The notes beneath the pieces are model-generated. The model was not told where the DNA came from and searched no databases. It was given only the letters and a program-made list of their open reading frames with translations. A stretch of DNA of 62,994 nt, filler included, from Vannella sp. (taxonomy: Eukaryota), in the NCBI GenBank assembly GCA_023345925.1. It is 7 parts of 7 records of this genome, joined end to end, with 100 filler letters (N's around TTAATTAATTAA, not from the genome) between each part and the next. Parts side by side here need not be neighbours in the genome. Positions count along the whole stretch, not along the records: positions 54,824 to 60,322 come from JAJQQN010000014.1; positions 60,423 to 62,994 come from JAJQQN010000689.1; 5 more parts are not named here. One strand, written 5' to 3'. Below are positions 54,824 to 62,994 of this stretch, in pieces (position 1 is the stretch's first letter; each line of letters opens with the position of its first letter). The translations under genes and the position numbers were made by a program.

Positions 54824-55042
54824 CCGCAAATACAGCCTACCGTTAACTAACCAATCAGAACGCGGAAGCCCAATCAATTCCCAAACCTTGTCATCGCCAG
54901 AAACACAATATGAAAGTGAGCCCATTTAGTTGTTGTAGCAATTGTAACAAGAAAAGCGATTTCAGAGAACTAACAAGAAGTTGTTGTTTCAGTGTCCTAT
55001 TAACGAGCGATGATTGTCGGGAGGAAGAGGTCTTTCGTTGAG

Positions 55043-58000
55043 ATGGCGCAGGGCAGCTTGTGAGTCTTTTGGAGGTCGTCCCTTATTGAGCTGATGTGTT
55101 ACAAGACAGGTTGTTGGGGCGGGAGAGACTTCTGGTCACCTTCGTGGTCCAAGGGACAACCACATGATCATTGAGGAGATCGAGAGCAGCTCTGGGGTGC
55201 TGAAACACATTTCCACTCCCCAAGTGTGGAACGAAGAACCTACTTTTAACTTCACAAACACTCTCGAGGGCCTTCAGAGTCCTGACAGGGCGAGAAGGAT
55301 ACAATCCCATTGTGACCTTCTCCTGGTGTTGAGAGCTCCTCAAAGACCATTGAAAGAGGACCAGTTACACACTGAATCAGGGCTACTTTCTATCCTACGC
55401 GGTAGGCTTTTCACGGAAGGAGATTCCCACGTCAAGCAGAAGATCATCGAGTGTCTCGCTGTTCTTTCCCAGAGAGTCTCAACGAACGCTGGCCCAATCT
55501 TTAGCGACTTGATCGCTCAGTTTGACACTCCCAAGCTCTCCGGGTCTTTGCGCTCGGCCCTACTTTCAGCCCTCAGAGATGCATGTACCTGCAAAGCACC
55601 TCCATTACCTCTTCTGGATCGTATAGAAGCTCTCAGCCTTCAAGAATTGCAGCATTCCAAGGCTCTTGTGCGCCAGCGGGCCCTTGAGCTGCTAAGTAGA
55701 GTCTCCAGATCCCAAGATCTGCAACTGGTCATCGCTCGAGTGTGTGAGAGTGATCCTGACCCGCGCATGCGAAGTGCAGGGTTCCAAGCGCTTCTCCTAC
55801 TCCATCAGAGACAGGTTTCCTTGGATATCGAACTTTATCGCCGAGCAGTTGCGGGCATGGGCGACGATTACGAAGAGGTTAGGCGCTTCGCTCTCGAGCT
55901 GGTCTGGGTTCTATGCAATCTCTATCCCCAACATGTGTTTGCCACAAAGGGAGGCGAGCAGACTCGTCTTGTTGATGATGGTAAGAGGAGCCTCTTCGCG
56001 ATGGACGGGATTAATTCGGGGATAGGCTTCATCCGCATCTGCAATATGGTGAACGACATCTCTATGGTTGTTAGAGTGAAGGCTGCGCGCTTATTAGGAG
56101 GTTTACGGAATGTGAGCACTCAATATCTTCTTCAGGGCTTCAGCAAAGAGCTTTTTGGGCGGAGTGACAAAGTCAAACTCTCTCGTTCAAAGGGGAACGA
56201 CGTTTCTGCTTCAGGTGATTTTGACCTCACCCAGGCAAGTTCTCTTGGCCTTACTTTCATCCTGTGGTTAACCCTGTTTCTCTTAGTGTGGCGATGTGAA
56301 CGTTCTTGATAGTGGGGCTGGAGCGTTTGTTCATGGGCTCGAGGATGAGTTTTACCAAGTCCGGATGGCAACAATCGACAGTATTTGCGAACTGAGTTGC
56401 GGTTCCACTCAATTTGCGCGCATGGCAAGTGGTCTTAGTAGTGAGGAGGTCCTAAGACTTACATTAGAATAGTCTGTGGAGTTCCTTGTGGACATGTTCA
56501 GCGATGAGATTGATGCGGTCCGGATCAACTCAATGCATAGTCTTCGAAAGATCTCTGCCTCCATACAGTTGAACGAGGAACAACTGCAAATCGCTCTTTC
56601 GGCAGTAAGTCATTTATATCAAGTTTGCTGAAGTTAACTTGGGTGAAGCTCGAAGACGTGACTAAGAGGCTTCGACACGCAATGCAGCTTCTCTTGATGA
56701 CCGTTCGCTTGAGTAACATCCAATCAGTTCATTCTTCTATTATTGGACTTCTGAACAATATTCGAAAGTATCCTGAGGACCGTGAACGAGTGTATTTGAC
56801 CCTTCATGGGATTGGACAAAAGCACAGCAGCTTCGTCGAGTATCTGGTTGAGAACCTTCTTCAGTTGGATCTCAACTTCGTTCAGCCAGAGGCTAACGTT
56901 AAAGATACTTCGTACGTAGCAAAGCTCATCGTTATTCTCAATGCCAGTGCTGCCAATCCACACATATTATCCCTCCTCCCACCACATACCGCAAGGCACC
57001 ACAGATATCTGAAGGACAAGTTTCCACTTTACTTTCCTTCGTCCCTAACTTTCCCTGACACACTTGGAGAGAACACTCGAGCTGAAACTGCTTCTGTCAA
57101 CGTACATTCCTTCTTCAAAGAGGCTTGGAACAGTTTGCATGAGAAACGCAAGGCTGGTGCCCCCTTTGAAGAACTTCAGTCTGGAGTAGGAGCAATAGCA
57201 AGTAGCCTCATCCACATCGAACGCACCCACGGGCATCTTTCTGCCACTTTAGAGTTTTACTCTTGGCAACACCAGGCGCTGGGGTTGGTAATGCGTTCTC
57301 AAATGCAGCAACTTAAGGGTGAGGGTATCTCTGTGGCTTCTGATCTCCTGCGATTATCCTACCAGATGGAGTATTCCCTCTTTGGTCTCAGCTCTGCTTG
57401 CAAGTTGTGGCTGTACCTACTTCGGCTCTTCGCACACACCCTAGCTGTGGTTACATCACCTTCACACTCCATTGGAGCTGCTGATGCTATCTCAAAACGC
57501 ACACAGCTTGCAATCAGCTACTGTGAGCAACAGGGTCTTCTTTCACATCCAGAACTGGAGGCGCTAGTTGGATCTCTGAAAAAGATCGCTAACGGGGCCA
57601 AAAGTCGTGAGCCAATATCTGAGCTTCTCACTATCATCAGAGAGATCCCCATTGATCCATTTATTGCGATGGATAAGTTGAAGGGAGTAGGAGGGAAAAT
57701 AACAACTCCTCGGTCTAATAGCGAGGCGGCTCAATCTTTCAATCCATCGCTTCCTCTGTTATTGAAAGTGCGCGCCAGTACCGAGAACTTAATGGACCAA
57801 CGAGGCCTCATGATTCAAGTTATCTTTCCCAACCACCAGGAGCGACTCTTCCCCATAACTGCACGAGACTCTGTGCCATCGTCTCGCTCCCATTGCGAAA
57901 TTTCCAGTACTCTTTCCCTAGAAGCTGCCCATTCTGGCGGGTGGACAGGACCAGGCGCGCTTTCTATCCAGCTTGTGCGAGCCTTTGTTCCAGATCTGCC

Positions 58001-58154
58001 TGAGTGGGACGTGCCGATCTTGCACCCCAACCGAGCCTCGGATGAGCTTCATTCCCGTACGGCAGTGTCCCGCTTATCATTCGTTCCATTTGGTACGTCC
58101 GTTTGCTACCACATCTTCCCTGATAAGGCGTACGAACCAAAGCCCAAACGCTAA
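55043..58154 (+). CDS. INTS4: Integrator complex subunit 4 (HEAT repeats; many introns)
   Basis: DDYEEVR, RLVDD(G)FIRICNMVNDISMVVRVKAARLLG, GAFVHGLEDEF, FLVDMFSDEIDAVRINS, KYPEDR...IGQKH, YVAKLIVILNA, RHHRYLKDKFP. Confidence 0.9.
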
Positions 58155-58176
58155 ATGCGTTGGAATGAATCTATTC

Positions 58177-58618
58177 TTACAAAGGCTTGGCATGGCCTGT
58201 TTTTTTGATGTGGGCGAAGAGCTTATTGCGGCTAGGGAATGTGGCTGGACAAGTCACACATTGCAAACGAACGTTGACATCATCCACTACTGCTCCTACT
58301 TTCTTGCTTTCTTTCTTCATCTTTTGGCGAGACGCGGTTTCAGGAGCCGGCTTTAGATCTGGGACCTTTTGGCGGTTCTTCGCTCTTCTAGTCTTCTTTT
58401 GGAGTGTCTGTTTCACTTCTTCCTCTTCCAAAGGAGGATCCTCAGGTTCGCTCACGGCTTCCCCTTCTGCTTCATTGAGGAGAACCTCTTCCTGGGATGA
58501 TTCAGACACAAGCTCTGCGGGAGAAATGACTGGGAGCTGACCAAAAGCATTCAGTTTCTGTTTCTTCTTCTGCTTCTTCTTTTGTTTCTTGTTGCGGAAA
58601 GAGGAAGAGAACTGTGCC

Positions 58619-58649
<31 letters not shown>

Positions 58650-59766
58650 CTTCATTTTCTGGGAGAGAATGCGGTTCTTCAACAGTTATCGTTGTCTCAT
58701 ACGAGCTGAAGCCCGTGATTGGATCGATCACTTCATCATCAAACATGAGAGAGGAACGGGCTTCTGCGATGGCCTCCAAGTGTTTCTTGGACTTTTCGTG
58801 ATTGAGCCATTGGTTCTTGGAGCGGAAACTCTTATTACAGACAGCGCAGAAGAGCTCATCCTTGTCTTGTTCCATGTCCTCCACGAAAGTGGGATCAATC
58901 CCAAGCTCTTCAAGATCCAACGCTTCCATTTGCTCTTCGTATGCCTCCTGGAATTGCTCCATCTTTGCTTGCTTCTTCTTCATTTGTTCTGATTTCTTCG
59001 CAGAAGCTGTAGCCGCTTTAAGAGCACGCTTCTCCTCTTCCTGTTCAACAAAAGCAGCCCAACGAGGGTCTCTCTTCTTGACGAAAGCCACCAACGCTCG
59101 AACGGTTTGGTTGAACTTGGTACGAGCTTTGTCACGGCACTTCTTATTGTCCTTCTCCATCAACCGCTTAATCTGTCTGGTTGGCGCCTCAGAAAGGCGA
59201 TATTTGTCAATCCACCCAAAGTCACGTTTCGAGCAGAAAGCTTCCCAAGAGGCGTAGAATCGACTAACATCTTCCAGTGTGCTCTCTTGATTTCCAAAAT
59301 AGGGACGAGTCTCGCTCTGGCCTTCAGAATCGCGATCTTCTTGAGAATCAATCAATTCGAACAAATCTGCGTAAACCTTGTAATAATTGTTTCCCGTCTC
59401 CTTTTCGTAGCCATTAAAGCAAGAAGATGTGAAATATGTCCACAGGTTCACCTCGGAGTGGTCCTGGCCTTCCGCTCCGTCCTTGCCTTGGAGGATGGCT
59501 TCTCGGTGGTTGTCGTACCAAGCTCGTTCTTGAGGATCTGAGAGGATCTGCCAAGCAGCCTGGATCTCCTTGAACCGCTCTGTGGCCTCCTCTTGGTTCT
59601 GTTGCAAGTCAGATCACGATTCGGGTTGATCTGGACCTTCTGAAGCTCCACTTACTTCAGGGTTCTTATCAGGATGCCAAACGAGCGCCCTCTTACGATA
59701 AGCAAGCTTGATCTCTCCCATCTCAGCGGTCCTTTCCACCTCCAGAACATCGTAGTGGCAGCGCAT
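58177..59766 (-). CDS. DNAJC21: J-domain protein with C2H2 fingers, DNAJC21/Jjj1 (1 intron)
   Basis: [10 protein letters not shown]...[50 protein letters not shown]...[25 protein letters not shown]. Confidence 0.95.
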
Positions 59767-60322
59767 CCCTGGCAAGCAGAAGAAGAAGGGAAATGGGAAA
59801 ATGAGAAAATGGGAGGATTTGTTCGAAAGCTTGTCCCTGACGATGTTGATCGTCCAAAAAGGACGTGAGAGGATTCACCGCCCCAGTCATGAGAGGATTC
59901 AATAGCTGGGACGCCAATGTGAATGTGGAGAGAAGGTAAGAAGAAGTTTAGTTGTACAAATAAGAATCCACGCGGTGCGCCCTGGAGAACAAGAACCAAC
60001 AGCCGAAATGGCGGCAAGAGGAGCGACCGTTACTTTGGAGGTTCTCGATTGGGAGGTGGACTCGTGTGTCGTTGTTGTGATAGTTTTTCCTTCAACCATA
60101 GATCTGTCTCGATGGAGTCAGGCTTAGAGAACAGGCACCTCCTTATTCTGGAGTAGTCAGGCTTCCTCATCTCCTGTCTGTGTCCTGCAGAGGAGTAAGC
60201 AGAGGGCTTGAAACGGATCCGATGTTCACTTGGAGGCATGCCGTGTGAGAAAGTGGGAAAAGGAATGACTTTGGGCCAATCTGTAGTACGGTGCGGTCCC
60301 GGAGTTTCCCCCACAGGGTTGT

Positions 60323-60422
60323 NNNNNNNNNNNNNNNNNNNNNNNNNNNNNNNNNNNNNNNNNNNNTTAATTAATTAANNNNNNNNNNNNNNNNNNNNNN
60401 NNNNNNNNNNNNNNNNNNNNNN
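60323..60422. other. Artificial contig linker
   Basis: 44N-TTAATTAATTAA-44N. Confidence 0.98.
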
Positions 60423-60659
60423 TAAGGTCCCGCTATCACCTGGAAGCTGGTCTCCACGAAGGTGGTTGGCAGAAAAGTGAAATAGTCAATTCAAGGAGTG
60501 TTTGGCTGACCTGACGCGAATTCATTCTTTGGGAGACTCTAAAAGAGGTGCAAGTTGCTGGAGAACCTTGAATGTCCACTCAAGCGGGATATTGGTTCAA
60601 CCTTTTTTATCTCAGCCTCACTGGCTTGCGGAGTTTTTTAGGCTGTTCAGAACAAGATT

Positions 60660-61748
60660 CTAATCTTCAAGTTCGATTTGGCCCGCCTTCCACGCGTTGA
60701 AACGATCGGTGGTGATGCCTGGGAGTTCAGGAACGTCAGGGAGGTCATGAAGCTCCAGGAGCACTGCGAAGCGATTGAACTCTTGGACATCTGCATCAGT
60801 CAATCGGGTACCTTTGAGATCTCTGATTGCCCAACACAAAGAAATGGGCAGATTTGGCACTGAATCTGCGATCACTTGAGTGTCTGCCTTACTCTGGGAT
60901 ATCTTGGGCTTCTTTTTTCCAGCTTTCGCTTCCTTTCGCTGATTTGCTCTCAGTGATTTTCCTTTCTCCTTTTCATCCTCCTTTTTTGCGCATTCTCCTG
61001 CCTGGGGGTTTTAGTCTTAAAACCGTCTCTCTTTGCAGCCTCTGCCTTTTTTCTTGCAGTTTCTTCCAGTATCGCGGCTTCTTTCATATCCTTAATATTC
61101 TGCTGTGATTCAGTTATCTTGATCTTTTGAGTTTCGGAAATTTGAGCCTGAAGTGTGTTCTGGAGGCATTGAGCGTACCAGTTCCCTGGAGAAGAACCAA
61201 TTGTTTTGCACCCAATCGAGATGAATCCATAGTCGTCTTTGCTGAGCTCTTGAACAGTCACAATATCACAGCGGAAGTCCTGGGAAGGAAAATACACAAC
61301 CCCCTTCAGCAATCTCCGAAAATGTCCTATCTTGGGCTTGTCTTCGAAGAGATACCAGAAGACCGAATCACTTCCTTGGAACTCTGGGAATGACTTCTTG
61401 GGTTTGGCTTCGTTTCTTTGCCCTCTTGCCGCACTGTAATCAGATAGTCTTCTCATATGAGCGAGTTCTCCAGGGGATCCTCATCGATCTCAGGATGATA
61501 TCCATGAAGAGCATAATTGATCATATTCTCCTCTCCTCCGACAAAGTCTCCGATAATGAAGGGGCAATCGGCTTCCGAAAACTCCCTAAAATTCTCGAGA
61601 AAGACGGGATCCGAGTCGGCTGCCACTTTCCGGTCCTTCAGAAATGGCAAGTCCTTGATTGGTAACCCGAGAGCTTCTGAGGAAGTGTGATTGATTCTTG
61701 AAAGCAACTCCAGATAGAGTGCAAATTTCAATTCGAACACTCCACGTT
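60660..61748 (-). pseudogene. Unknown gene body broken into three frames; its natural 5' end appears to be the + strand ORF at 62895
   Basis: Consecutive minus-strand ORFs (61453-61748, 60950-61456, 60660-about 61000) overlap in shifted frames with no clear introns. Confidence 0.45.
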
Positions 61749-62688
61749 GAAAGTGGAAGGAAATGTCACAGAAGATGCGTTGGGACTTGATGAGAAGCTC
61801 TGTCGCTTCTTGGCCACTTTGGATACGCAGGGAGTCTGTCATTTGTTGGAGTCTCTTCTCGGCCGAGTCAGTTTCCTTTTTGCCTTTTGTTCCTGCGCCG
61901 GAATCTTTTGGGCTGCGAGTGGAGAACTTGCAGAAATACGTCTGTGAAGGAGATTGTGCACGGTCTGCTGCAATGAGTGCGTCGATACGGTCTTCCAGTT
62001 GGTAGCGCGCCTCCATTTCTGCGTTGGTAGGTCGTGAAGGCATCCCCAAGGCATTGGAGAGGGTGATGGAAGACCATTTTCGCAAGAGTTCAAGGTCGTC
62101 TCGGTTAAGAGGCATCACCAGAGTCTTTGCAGTGAAAGCTGAGGCCAGTCAGCAATGCTCATTCTCATGGACCCAAATCGTCTTACCTTTCGGCGCTTGG
62201 AGCCTGTCAGCGAGCTCTTGTAAGGAGAAATACCATTCCTCAAGATTGTACTTGGTTATGCGGGACTGGTACAACTGCCTCATGAAGATCTCGAGAATAG
62301 TCTTGTCCACCACCACCGAGCATTGGCCATTGCTCGTTGTGACAGGCAACCCCAGGCAGTCAAGGGCATCTGCGATGTATGTCAGCTCTTCTTCCGCAAA
62401 GCTGACTGTCATAGGCTCAGATCCATGGAAGGAGATGGCGCTATCTTCCAGGCAAGGATGGGCTTGGTGGCTAAAGAGCTTCGAGTACGACAGGAACTCC
62501 GTAAAGCAAAGCTCACATTGAGGTGTTGCCTTGTTCACCTGACTGGGTCTCACAAAAGGGAGCCCCTTTTGGTCCAGCACAAGATAAATCGAAGACTCCG
62601 CTCCTTTCACGTTGTTCACGTTGATCTCGTCTGCTGACAAGTCCACTAGCACCTGGCAGTACTCTCTATCTGTAGATTCCATACTCAT
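61749..62688 (-). CDS. Cdc123-like (R2K clade) ATP-grasp protein with N-terminal C2H2-like finger; 3'-truncated at the inverted junction (intron 62139-62186)
   Basis: YNLEEWY...FTAKT...L, LEDRID, YFCKFSTRSPKDS, LRIQSGQEATELLIKSQRIFCDI; CELC...SHQAHPC. Confidence 0.72.
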
Positions 62689-62894
62689 GTCCACAGTTCG
62701 TTTGGTTGTGCCTCCTCCACCTTCTCCTTCGACAAGACGATTTTTCCAATTCCTGGAATTTGTTTCAGAAGTCAGATAGCTTTGCGATGACCAAGCCAGA
62801 AGGAGCAGTAATATCATCTACCAAATCGCAGCGCGATTATCAGTTTGAGTCTCGCGATTACTTTACTCGTTGCTACTTGGAAGTCGTCACCCAA

Positions 62895-62994
62895 ATGGAT
62901 CCTAAATGCCGAACCAGCTTTGTAGAAGATGCTTTCATCGATTCCTTGCATTTAGAGGGCCAAAGCACCTCCACTGAACGTGGAGTGTTCGAAT
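62895..62994 (+). CDS. 5' end of a hypothetical gene (MDPKCRTSF...TERGVFE), runs off window
   Basis: ATG-initiated open frame to the window end; joins in frame to the minus-strand sequence at 61748. Confidence 0.55.
   Translation, partial: MDPKCRTSFVEDAFIDSLHLEGQSTSTERGVFE

Larger units (their letters stand above)
61731..62994. repeat. Exact 18-bp inverted repeat (61731-61748 / 62977-62994), right copy cut by window end
   Basis: attcgaacactccacgtt vs aacgtggagtgttcgaat. Confidence 0.95.

Noticed and set aside
60030..60322. Minus-strand ORF fragment at contig end
   Set aside because: Possibly a gene 3' end, but no recognisable similarity.
6494..60422. Six identical TTAATTAATTAA palindromes flanked by Ns
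   Set aside because: Artificial six-frame-stop linkers joining contigs; not biological, and gene neighbourhoods across them are meaningless.
61453..62118. 221-aa ORF as one natural protein
   Set aside because: It is a fusion across the 18-bp inverted junction of a Cdc123-like 5' part and an unrelated 3' part.
1..62994. Alternative genetic code or widespread pseudogenisation suggested by fragmented ORFs
   Set aside because: Breaks are explained by short GT-AG introns that restore conserved motifs under the standard code.

Overview
Eukaryotic (most likely amoebozoan-type protist) DNA from a very compact, roughly 50% GC genome with many tiny (about 45-70 bp) GT-AG introns. The window is a pseudo-scaffold of 7 contigs joined by six artificial 100-bp linkers (44 N + TTAATTAATTAA + 44 N), so adjacency across linkers means nothing. 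About 38 genes or gene fragments are recognisable, mostly housekeeping (HemK, CAMK kinase, BLOC1S4, MBOAT, mitochondrial L33, WDR74, ADCK1, RBM34, eIF5B, HSDL2, ECI2, TBC GAP, PIG-L, OCRL, PhLP, RAB5IF, RhoGEF, INTS4, DNAJC21). The most interesting part is an intron-poor block on contig 2 (8.5-19.5 kb). It holds (i) a bacterial-looking Ig/beta-propeller plus furin-repeat GPI-anchored surface protein, (ii) a solitary AbiEii-type (type IV toxin) nucleotidyltransferase, and (iii) head-to-head with it, a single-polypeptide ovothiol pathway: Egt2-like PLP C-S lyase + OvoA sulfoxide synthase + two tandem methyltransferase domains. A ZNFX1-like helicase lies on the same contig. Also notable: two FAM20-like secretory kinases that appear to lack the canonical catalytic Asp, an eIF5B with an SLGGPP-repeat N-terminus, and an 18-bp inverted-repeat junction at the window end that fuses two different genes (inversion or amplification chimera). 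All family calls come from motif recognition by eye; no database searches were run.
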